Assembly: GCA_934503195.1 (NCBI GenBank)
Contig: CAKSVM010000004.1
Location: forward strand, 3,865-67,864
Length of the DNA: 64,000 nucleotides
Direction: 5' to 3'
Origin: an uncultured Eubacteriales bacterium
GTDB lineage: Bacteria > Bacillota > Clostridia > Oscillospirales > CAG-272
Made by a program: the position numbers and the translations under genes. Numbering within the stretch: position 1 is the stretch's first letter; every line of letters begins with the position of its first letter. Positions 8,524 through 16,284 of this stretch are shown here, one piece after another. The notes under the pieces are model-generated. The model worked only from the letters and a program-made list of their open reading frames with translations. It was not told the DNA's origin and searched no databases.

Positions 8524-9986
8524 CTTAATTCCTTTCCGCCGATTCGTCCAACATGATCAGTTCCGAATTCGAGAACCGCCGCCTCGCCGTCCCTCATCAG
8601 CGGGAAAAGCTCAGCCGTCATGTGGGTAGTGATCACATAATCCGCGCCGATCCGCGAAAAATATCTCATCAGCCCGTGAAGTCCCGCCGCGCCCTCCTTG
8701 TACGCCGTCGTCTGGAAAGGCTCGTTGAAAAGCACAAGCGAATCCGAGAGATCCGAATCCACAAGCCCCGCGACCTTTCTTACCTCCTCCTCAAAGCCGC
8801 CGAAGGCGGGCGGAGCGTCGTTTTTCGGGGCATCATCGTTTCCGCCCGCGAAAAGGATCACGATCCGGCGGTATATCCGCGTTCCGAAGCCCTTCGCCGG
8901 AACCGGAAGCCCGGCCTGCGCCAGAAGCGTAGCCGCGGCGAGCGACGTCAGAAACACCGTCTTACCGGAATTGTTCTTTCCGTAAATCACGATATTCCGG
9001 GTGTCCGGAATACTCTGCGGCACGATGTCCGCAAGGTTTTCACACTTTACGATAATGTCCGGCGGATACAGACAGTCGATGTTCCGCGCGCCGAAGGTCG
9101 GGAAGGAGACCGGAATCCCGCGCTTTTTGAGATATCCGACATAAGATATTGCGCATTCGTAGAAATCGAGGTCGGCCGAGAGATCCGCGAAGGCTCCGAG
9201 AAGCTGTCCCGAAGCGTTGTCAAGCTCGGACGCGAGAAACGAGAACGGAATCGCCGCGAGCTTTTCATAGATTTCACGCCCGTATGTGCCGAACGCGACG
9301 CGGCCGTTGTCAGGCGGTGCGGCGCGCTCCTCTTTTCTCCTGAAAATCGAGCGTTTTTCCGGCTTTTTCAGCGTGAAGTGATGTTCGCAGAGTTCTGCCC
9401 CGACAACGCCACCGTCGCCGAGTTTGATTCTCACATCGGTCGGAAGGATCGACTCGCGGTATTCGAGCATTCCGCAGAGCTTCTGGAGCTTCGCGAATTC
9501 CTCTTTGCCACAGAATTCCAAGTGCTTTCCGAAGAAATCCGAAAGTCCGCGAGACTTAACACCGCAGGAGGAATATCCGGCGAGCGTCCGGATTTTTCCG
9601 AGAATATCGCAGAGAATCCCGGCCGAAACGCGGCATCCGGCCTTCATCACGTCCGGGGAAAGCCCCGTGACGCCGCTGACCGAATTCTTCATCCGCTCGC
9701 GCTTTGCCGTCATGAAATTCCTTTTCGTACGGTCAAACTCGTCCGAGACCTCGCGTATCCGCTCAAAAAGCCCCGGATGGTCAAGAAAATCGGTCAGAAT
9801 CTCCTGTCTGTAGCTGATCTCATCCGGATTTGTGAGCGGCGACGACACGACGCCAAGAAAATTCCCGGTTTTTTCAGCGTCGATCATAAAAACCGAAAAA
9901 ACCTCGTCAAGCTTCGCGGCGCGGCAGATTTCGCGGTCTCCCGGAAGCTCCGGGCGGTCACTCAGATAAAGCAGATCAAATTTCAC
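8520..9986 (-). CDS. MutS-related ATPase B (core and ATPase domains only)
   Basis: ORF 8520..10022. Walker A 'GKNNSGKTVFLTS', Walker B region 'LVLFNEPFQTT', 'TTHMTEL'. I moved the start to the GTG at 9986, which is preceded by AAAGGAGAGG. It overlaps the upstream stop by 11 nt. There is no MutS domain I and no Smr domain. Confidence 0.75.
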   Translation of the reverse strand: MKFDLLYLSDRPELPGDREICRAAKLDEVFSVFMIDAEKTGNFLGVVSSPLTNPDEISYRQEILTDFLDHPGLFERIREVSDEFDRTKRNFMTAKRERMKNSVSGVTGLSPDVMKAGCRVSAGILCDILGKIRTLAGYSSCGVKSRGLSDFFGKHLEFCGKEEFAKLQKLCGMLEYRESILPTDVRIKLGDGGVVGAELCEHHFTLKKPEKRSIFRRKEERAAPPDNGRVAFGTYGREIYEKLAAIPFSFLASELDNASGQLLGAFADLSADLDFYECAISYVGYLKKRGIPVSFPTFGARNIDCLYPPDIIVKCENLADIVPQSIPDTRNIVIYGKNNSGKTVFLTSLAAATLLAQAGLPVPAKGFGTRIYRRIVILFAGGNDDAPKNDAPPAFGGFEEEVRKVAGLVDSDLSDSLVLFNEPFQTTAYKEGAAGLHGLMRYFSRIGADYVITTHMTAELFPLMRDGEAAVLEFGTDHVGRIGGKELR

Positions 9987-11409
9987 GCGTTTCACCTCTC
10001 CTTTCGAGCGAATCGGAATCAAGGCGGTACTTTTTCAGGATATCTAGCGCGTAGGAACCCTCTCCGGGACGCGATTTCACGACGCGGAAGGTGCGCTCGT
10101 TCGATTCACCGTCGACCATCGCGCGGAGAAGTCCGAAATCCTTCGTGTACGCGACTCCGGCGAAATGCGTAACGAAAAGCCCGGACGCGCCTTTTTGCGT
10201 AAGCTTTCCGGCCATTTCGAGCGCGCGCTCCGAGCCGAGCGAATCGTTAGTCCCCGCGAACGCCTCGTTTATCAGCACGAAGCTCTCGGCGTCGGCCGTG
10301 TCGGTTATCGCGTCGGCACGCTGGCACTCGTCGACAAAGCGTCCGGTCGAGATCGAAAGCTCGTCGGCCGGAAAATGCGTAAAAAGCTTCCGGAATGGAT
10401 AAATCTCCGCTTTTTCGGCGAAAATCGGCGCGCCGCCGAGGAAAAGTATCAGATTCACGCCTACAGCGCGGAGAAAGGTCGTCTTGCCTCCACCGTTCGC
10501 GCCGACAACAAACGAGAATCTGTATCTATCCGAAAGCTCCGCGTCGTTCGGTACGATCCTTCCCGAGTCGATCAGCGTCACGTCAAAGAGCTTTTCGGCC
10601 GTGAATTCATGTTCTGACGAAATCTCCGGAAAGCAGACCGGAATTCCCTTCTCCCGTGCTTTTTTCGAAAGCTCCGCGAGATTCAGGAAGAAATCGAACT
10701 CCCGTATAAGCCCGGCAAGCTCATCGACCTCGGCTTCAAGAAAGGAAATCCGCGGGTCGTTATCGGTGACCTTCCCGGCAAAGTCGGGGAAAAGCCGGGT
10801 CACCGCGTCCTCCAGCGTCTTTTCGGAACCGAGCCTCGGCCCTGTGTCGGCGAGCGGTTCGAGTCCGAGCTTTGTCTCATATTCACGCAGTTCTGTGAGA
10901 TATCCCGGATCTTCGGCGCGGGTGAGCGTCGTTTCCGAGGAGAACGTCAGGACGAATTCCGATGAGCGCGAGAGCTTTTCGCGCGTGTCCGAGACGAACT
11001 CCGAAACCGCGCTTCTCCGCTCCGGCAGAATATCCGCCGCGTTCGATGAAATCCGGTCGGTAAGTCCGCATCCATGAAGCTCCGTGAGCCTTTCAAGGCA
11101 GGTGAGATATTTCTCGGCCACAAGCACGCGCGAAAGCGCGCGGGTGAGAATCCCCTCGCGGAGCTTATAACGCTTATATTCGTCGCGGAGCAGGTCAAGC
11201 TCGCGCCTCGCGTCAGAAAACCGCGTGGAATATTCAGGATTTTCAAGGAGACTGAAAAGCTCCTGCCGCCTTTTTATCTCGTCCGCGCCGGGAAGCCCAG
11301 CGAGAACCGAAAGCGTACTCTCGGGGAGAATCGACGAAAAGCGCAGATCCGAAAACACGTTTTCGGGGATCACATTATCCGCGAAGTCAGATAAAAGCCG
11401 TCCGATCAT
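9976..11409 (-). CDS. MutS-related ATPase A (core and ATPase domains only)
   Basis: ORF 9976..11433. Walker A 'GANGGGKTTFLRAVG', Walker B region 'FVLINEAFAGTN', 'FVTHF'. I moved the start to the ATG at 11409, which is preceded by AAAGGAGA. It overlaps the upstream gene by 23 nt. Confidence 0.75.
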   Translation of the reverse strand: MIGRLLSDFADNVIPENVFSDLRFSSILPESTLSVLAGLPGADEIKRRQELFSLLENPEYSTRFSDARRELDLLRDEYKRYKLREGILTRALSRVLVAEKYLTCLERLTELHGCGLTDRISSNAADILPERRSAVSEFVSDTREKLSRSSEFVLTFSSETTLTRAEDPGYLTELREYETKLGLEPLADTGPRLGSEKTLEDAVTRLFPDFAGKVTDNDPRISFLEAEVDELAGLIREFDFFLNLAELSKKAREKGIPVCFPEISSEHEFTAEKLFDVTLIDSGRIVPNDAELSDRYRFSFVVGANGGGKTTFLRAVGVNLILFLGGAPIFAEKAEIYPFRKLFTHFPADELSISTGRFVDECQRADAITDTADAESFVLINEAFAGTNDSLGSERALEMAGKLTQKGASGLFVTHFAGVAYTKDFGLLRAMVDGESNERTFRVVKSRPGEGSYALDILKKYRLDSDSLERRGETREI

Positions 11410-11968
11410 TCTGAATCTCCTTTTCAATATCACTTATAAGTTTTGAAAGCGACGCGATATACATTTCGTTCACCGTCTCGCCCGCGCTGATTATCCGCTG
11501 TTCCGACTTCGATTGGTAATTTATCTGCATACAGACCGGATGCACAAGCAGAACCGGGACAAATCGCTTTCCGTACCACTCATCGTCAAAATTATGCCGG
11601 AAATCTATCGAAAGCGGCTTTTTCGCCGAGTCGACCGGAATCCGCGAAAACATTCCGGCCGCGAAGGCGATGTAATTCCGTATAATATACTCCGAGTCGT
11701 CGGTCAGAATAAGCTCGGATCTCCGGCTCTTCATCTCAAAAAGCTTGACCGCGCGGATGGTTCCGGCCGTTTCAAGACAGAAATCGCATTTTTTCCCGAT
11801 TCTCAGCCCGAAAAGCCAGAGCGGACGCGTTTTATGGAGCTTTACCCTTCCATCGGCGCAGAGCTTTCTTATCCTGATTGCGAGACTGACACGCTTGAAT
11901 ATCACTCTGATATACGGAAAGAGATATATAATAACCGCGATAATCACGGCAATGAGAAGTGTTTTCAT
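11387..11968 (-). CDS. N-terminally membrane-anchored protein with a NERD/PD-(D/E)xK-like signature
   Basis: 193 aa. One hydrophobic helix 'LLIAVIIAVIIYLFPYI'. The segment 'CDFCLETAGTIRAVKLFEMK' gives D-x15-E-x-K. Its ATG overlaps the AraC TGA (ATGA at 11965-11968). Confidence 0.5.
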   Translation of the reverse strand: MKTLLIAVIIAVIIYLFPYIRVIFKRVSLAIRIRKLCADGRVKLHKTRPLWLFGLRIGKKCDFCLETAGTIRAVKLFEMKSRRSELILTDDSEYIIRNYIAFAAGMFSRIPVDSAKKPLSIDFRHNFDDEWYGKRFVPVLLVHPVCMQINYQSKSEQRIISAGETVNEMYIASLSKLISDIEKEIQNDRTAFI

Positions 11969-13038
11969 TCAACTGATCTCCTTTCGTTCGTCTGATCATC
12001 ACAGGCCTTCCTTCGCGCCTCGTCGCGCCATTCCTTCGGCGAGAGATTCTTGACTCTCCGGAATATCCTGTGAAAATGCTCGTTCGAGTTGAATCCGACC
12101 CTGAGTCCGATCTCGGTCACGGTGAGGTCGGAGGTCGCGAGAAGTTTCGCGGCCGCCTCGATCCGCGCGTCGTTTATAAGCCCGGTAAAGGTCTTCCCGG
12201 TCGCGGTCTTTATGATGCTGCAAAACTGACTGCGCGAATATCCGGCCGCCGATGCGGCCTCGTTCAGCGTCAGCGTCGCGTAATTCTCTCGGATATTGTG
12301 TATCATGCTTCCGACCGTCGCGCCTCGCCTTATGTCGTCGCTGACAAGCCGCGCGGTGCCGACGTATTTCCGCATCAGGCGGCAGAAGAACTCGGTCAAA
12401 AGCGCGTCAAGGAAGGTCGGCGAATAGGCTTCACGGTTTATGACCTCGCGGTAGAGCTTGAGGATTGTCTCCTTCAGCTCGCGGTCGTCCGGCGCGGCGA
12501 AAAGCACGTAGCTCTCGGGGCAGCCGCAGTAGATCGAGCTTCTGAAGAAGTTCGAGAGCAGGTTATCCTCGCCGATTATCGAGAAGAACGCGCGGTCAAA
12601 GGTCGATTTTCTGACATAGAGCTTGATTATGTGGCAGTCGTCGGAAAAGACGTTGAGTCTGTGATGAGTCTTTGGCGCGAGGAGGAGAATATCGCCGTTT
12701 TTCAGCGGAAGATCGCCGCCGTGAAGCGTTATCGTGCATTCGCCGCCAAGGCAGTGGCAGAGCTGAAAATAGTCGTGGCAGTGGATCTCATGAAAATCGT
12801 ATCTGAAATGGTGCGTGACGTAGATATTCGTCATCCAGAAATCGCGCTCCAGCTCCCGCGTCGGATGCTCCCAGAAGGGTTCCAGCACGCCGGAAAGCCA
12901 GAGCTCACGGAAAAGAAGTTCGAATTTATTGAACTTTGTCACGTATTCCTCAACCTCTGAGATGTCATCGAATCTGAGCGTTTCGCGGGTCTCAAGAAAA
13001 TCAGTCAGTATATCGGCCTTTCTGTCGCGCTTTTCCAT
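11965..13038 (-). CDS. AraC family transcriptional regulator (cupin plus HTH)
   Basis: 357 aa. The C-terminal double HTH 'EAASAAGYSRSQFCSIIKTATGKTF...IGLRVGFNSNEHFHRIFRRVKNLSPKEWR' is typical of AraC regulators. Strong RBS GGAGGTGG. Confidence 0.85.
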   Translation of the reverse strand: MEKRDRKADILTDFLETRETLRFDDISEVEEYVTKFNKFELLFRELWLSGVLEPFWEHPTRELERDFWMTNIYVTHHFRYDFHEIHCHDYFQLCHCLGGECTITLHGGDLPLKNGDILLLAPKTHHRLNVFSDDCHIIKLYVRKSTFDRAFFSIIGEDNLLSNFFRSSIYCGCPESYVLFAAPDDRELKETILKLYREVINREAYSPTFLDALLTEFFCRLMRKYVGTARLVSDDIRRGATVGSMIHNIRENYATLTLNEAASAAGYSRSQFCSIIKTATGKTFTGLINDARIEAAAKLLATSDLTVTEIGLRVGFNSNEHFHRIFRRVKNLSPKEWRDEARRKACDDQTNERRSVE

Positions 13039-13200
13039 ACAACCACCTCCGTTTTACATTATATCATACTTTTTGTGTATTTGCAAGCAAATCGGAAAAT
13101 AAATCAATGTTTTCGGAAAAATATCAATGAACAAATCAAAAATGATATGGTATAATAGACACACAAGAAACCGGATTTCCGGAAAAAAGGAGAACAAATC

Positions 13201-14079
13201 ATGAAAAAAGCACTCACATCGACCCTCGCGGCGGTGATGTCGACCGCGCTAATCGCGTCGGCGTTCATCGTCCCCGCAAGCGCGGCAAACTCGGTAAAGC
13301 TCGGCGCGAACGCCGAAAAGGTCACGGCTACGATCACCGCCGTCGGCGACAAGAAACCGACTCTCGACGGAAAGATCTCCGACGGAGAGTATCAGGAGAT
13401 CAAGTACACCAAGGACGACATGATGTACTTAGGCTATGACGACGCGAGAATGGCCGAGATGGAAAAGCGGAACGTGAAGCTCTACGCCGCTTATTCGTCC
13501 GACACGGTTTACATCGGCGTCACAGTCGACACGCCCGATTTCATTCAGGAAAGCGCGGACGGAAACGGAATGTGGCAGTACAACTGTCTCCAGCTCTGCG
13601 GTGCTAAGATCACCGAGACCGAGGCAAAGACCCGCGCCGAGCTCGGCTACACTTTGAGCTCCAAAGACGGAAAGCTCCTCTTCGCCAACTATTCGAGCGG
13701 ATATCTGAAGGACTACAAGGCCGACACCACCGGAAAGGATTTCGCGGTAAAGAATGACAAGGGCGTCACGACCTATGAAGTGGCGATGCCCGCGGCGGCC
13801 TTCGGCGCGGACAGCCTCAAGAAGGGCGACAAGATAAAGCTCGACATCACGATCGTACTCAGCGAATCGGGATCGAAGCCGGCGGTCATCGAGTGGGCGC
13901 AGGGCTGCTACGTCGCGAAGGACGTGAACAAGTTCGCGACCGTCACCTTAGGCGACAAGATCGAGACAAAGAAGCCGACGACTCCGTCCGCCGCTCAGAC
14001 TCCCGACATGATCGCCTTCGCGCTCCTCACCCTCACCGCCTCGGCGGGCGCGGCTTACGCGTTCGGCAAGAAGCGATAA
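13201..14079 (+). CDS. Secreted/cell-surface protein (possible carbohydrate-binding fold) with a C-terminal TM anchor
   Basis: 292 aa. Signal peptide 'MKKALTSTLAAVMSTALIASAFIVPASA'. C-terminal hydrophobic helix plus basic tail 'MIAFALLTLTASAGAAYAFGKKR'. RBS AAGGAGAA. Confidence 0.7.
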   Translation: MKKALTSTLAAVMSTALIASAFIVPASAANSVKLGANAEKVTATITAVGDKKPTLDGKISDGEYQEIKYTKDDMMYLGYDDARMAEMEKRNVKLYAAYSSDTVYIGVTVDTPDFIQESADGNGMWQYNCLQLCGAKITETEAKTRAELGYTLSSKDGKLLFANYSSGYLKDYKADTTGKDFAVKNDKGVTTYEVAMPAAAFGADSLKKGDKIKLDITIVLSESGSKPAVIEWAQGCYVAKDVNKFATVTLGDKIETKKPTTPSAAQTPDMIAFALLTLTASAGAAYAFGKKR

Positions 14080-14122
14080 TCCCAGTAAGCCATAAATCAG
14101 CATAAATCTTTTTCATTGCGAA

Positions 14123-14158
14123 GCTCCCCGCGCCGGAACCGGCGCGGGGAGCGATTTT
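14123..14158. terminator. Bidirectional intrinsic terminator
   Basis: Perfect 14-bp stem GCTCCCCGCGCCGG/CCGGCGCGGGGAGC with a 2-nt loop and a following TTTTT. It lies between convergent genes. Confidence 0.75.
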
Positions 14159-14166
14159 TGTATGTG

Positions 14167-14427
14167 TTATTTAACCTCAACGACCGTGACTCCGAGGTCG
14201 CCCTCTCCGTACTGTCCGTAGCGGTAGGAAACAACGCGCGGATCGCGCTTGAGGTAGTTCCAGAGAGCCTTTCTGAGCATTCCGGTTCCCTTGCCGTGAA
14301 TCAGTCTCACGGTGTGGATTCCGGCGATGTGCGCCTCGTCGAAATACTTGTCAACGGCGTTCCATGCGTCGTCGCCGTTCATTCCGCGAAGGTCGATTTC
14401 ATTCCGGAAATCGCGCGAAAGCTCCAA
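14167..14427 (-). pseudogene. Smr domain fragment (3' remnant of a mutS2-like gene, or a standalone Smr ORF lacking RBS and ATG)
   Basis: 86 codons 'IDLRGMNGDDAWNAVDKYFDEAHIAGIHTVRLIHGKGTGMLRKALWNYLK' form a complete Smr domain. The frame opens directly after a TAA, with only a TTG and no Shine-Dalgarno sequence. No MutS2 body lies upstream. Confidence 0.55.
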
Positions 14428-14429
14428 TT

Positions 14430-14745
14430 ATTCAGCTTATCCGTAAGAAACGAAATGTTGTTTCCTGCGCCGTAACCTACTCATAACCATATGTGGGAAA
14501 AGTCCGCAGCCAAACTCTCATGTAACCAGTCATCGCAATTTGCGTGCCGTAGGATCATCATGAAATGGTCTGCGGGACTTTCCGAAAAAGTTTACGGAAT
14601 GGGTTTATCGCCTTGGTTTTCCAAAGGGCGATTTCCGCTTCCGTTTTGGGGTTTTCCCCTTTGTTTTAATCCGCACCGGTGCTCGAGTCGCTCCCCAGCG
14701 TTGCTCTATCCTCCGCTGCGGCAAAAGCATTTTCTATTATACCAC
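14430..14745 (-). other. Non-coding, hairpin-rich segment with its own extended -10 (candidate ncRNA, leader or gene remnant)
   Basis: On the minus strand, TTTCAA-17-TGGTATAAT has its -10 at 14735-14740. Downstream are GGGG-AAAA-CCCC (14648-14659), a 9-bp bulged hairpin (14608-14631), and long-range pairing of 14496-14511 with 14567-14583. No convincing ORF. Confidence 0.25.
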
Positions 14746-14821
14746 ATTTTACTACTTTTTGAAAGGAGTTTGTATAATTATTTCTTGCGCTGGGGGATGA
14801 TTTAATTATACCAGAAATACC

Positions 14822-16200
14822 ATGAAAAAAGAAGAATCAGCCGCGCTGATCCTCGCTTTACTGCTCGCGGCAAACACTCTAATAACATCCTGCGTGGACT
14901 CCGGATCTCCGGAAAGCATTACTTCCACTCAGCCATCCGACACAACCGAGGCCGTGACGACCGCGAGGGATACGCTGTCCGAACTCAACTTCAACGGCGA
15001 AACGCTTCACCTCTTCATCGACCGTGAAATGCTAATCCCTGAATACAATACCTAACAGACCGGCGATATCGTCGACGATGCCATCTGCGAGTGCAACATC
15101 GCCGTGCAGGAGCGGCTTAATGTCAAATTCGATTTCATCGAGTCGGACGGGCTCAACGCGAATCAGAAAATTTATCAGGGTGCTGTCAGATCGAGCGTTC
15201 TGGCGGGCGACTCGGCGTATGACATCATCTCGGGCTATAGTCTCTCGGTAGCCATCCTGGCTGGCGAAAAGCTGATGTACAATCTTATCGGCACGAAATA
15301 TCTCAACTTCGATATGCTGTGGTGGTCTGACACGCTGATCGACGCGCTCAGCCTGAACGGCACACTGTATATGGCTATCGGCGACATATCGACGAGCACG
15401 ATCGGAACGTCCTTCGCGGTGCTGTTCAATAAGGAACTGCTCGGAAAATACAAGCTCGAAGACCCATACGCTCTCGTTGACAGCGGGAAATGGACGTTCG
15501 ACAAGCTCTTCGAGATGACAAGCGGCATATACAACGCATATACAACGACCTGAACAGCGACCAGATAAAGAATGACGGCGACTTCTTCGGCATCGGCATG
15601 ACAAAATACCTCCATTAACAACGCCTGGTACGGCTGCGGACTGCGCGGCGTTCCATGACTCCGATTCCTGCCCGATGAACGACGACGATATGAATCCGGT
15701 TGGATTTCTGAATCAGCAGTATATCTTCTCTCAACTCGCTCGACATGGCACTCAATAATCTCCGCGACGCCTCGTTTGAATACGGTGTGTTCCCGACTAC
15801 GAAGTGGGACAAGGCACAGGAAAACCACATCACCGCCGCGTCCTGCACCGGCTCGATGTATGCGATCCCGACCGACGCGAAAGACCCCGACATGTCCTCA
15901 GCGTTCATGGAAGCTCTCGCGTCTGAGAGCCACTACCGCGTCGCGCCCGCCTTCTTCGAGACCGCGCTCAAGGTCAAGTACTCATCGGACGATGACTCGG
16001 CGAGAATGTACGACATCATCAAGGGCTCGATAATGTATGATTTCGGACGCGTCTATTCTGTCGCCGGGCTGAACTTCATTCCGGGCAGGATGCGCAGCAT
16101 GGTCGTTGCAAACAACAAGAACTGGGCGTCAGAATCGGCGTCTGTCAAGGAGCAGTTCGAGACTCTGCTCGCCGACCTTGTGAAAAAGCTCGGCGAATGA
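14822..16200 (+). pseudogene. Frameshifted extracellular solute-binding lipoprotein (paralog of the other SBPs)
   Basis: Three ORF pieces (14822-15055, 15104-15553, 15745-16200) together give a lipobox 'LITSC', 'GKWTFDKLFEM' and 'APAFFETALKVKYSSDDDSARMYDII'. They are colinear with the intact SBPs but sit in different frames with stops. Confidence 0.8.
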
Positions 16201-16284
16201 CATGAGTCTCGTCTCTTATAAAAAGCATTTCCCCGGCTCAGCCAGCATAAGGCGAAACCGGGGACTTTCAACATTATTATTTCA

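Noticed and set aside
8553-10172. Very long ORFs antisense to confidently called genes. Examples: 399-1205(+), 1385-2590(+), 3605-4792(+), 6905-7960(+), 8553-10172(+), 12070-12960(+), 18540-19760(+), 30760-31524(+), 37818-38666(-), 38709-39362(-), 40768-41415(-), 43249-43785(-), 50231-50803(-), 58617-59390(+), 61125-61916(+).
   Set aside because: Their translations are Arg/Pro/Ser/Gly-rich and low-complexity, with no recognisable motifs. Each lies fully inside an opposite-strand gene that has clear family signatures. This is the typical shadow-ORF artefact of GC-rich coding DNA.
13104-13352. ORF 13104-13352(-), 82 aa and hydrophobic.
   Set aside because: It is antisense to the signal-peptide region of the well-supported 13201-14079 gene and has no RBS.
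14496-14583. GGAAAGTCC-like strings that recall the RNase P RNA P4 helix.
   Set aside because: The two copies pair with each other rather than with an ACAGAA...-type 3' strand. The expected P1-P3 and specificity-domain elements, and the required length, are not present.
14428-14760. Group II intron, tmRNA or SRP RNA interrupting mutS2.
   Set aside because: I found no GUGYG 5' end, no recognisable domain V (AGC...GNRA hairpin), no tRNA-like end and no SRP 'GGAAGCAGC' motif by eye. This needs an Infernal scan to settle.
14116-14805. ORFs 14116-14475(+) and 14491-14805(+).
   Set aside because: The first is antisense to the Smr domain and spans a terminator. The second has no RBS, an odd composition (Trp/Phe/Pro-rich) and covers the hairpin-rich non-coding segment.
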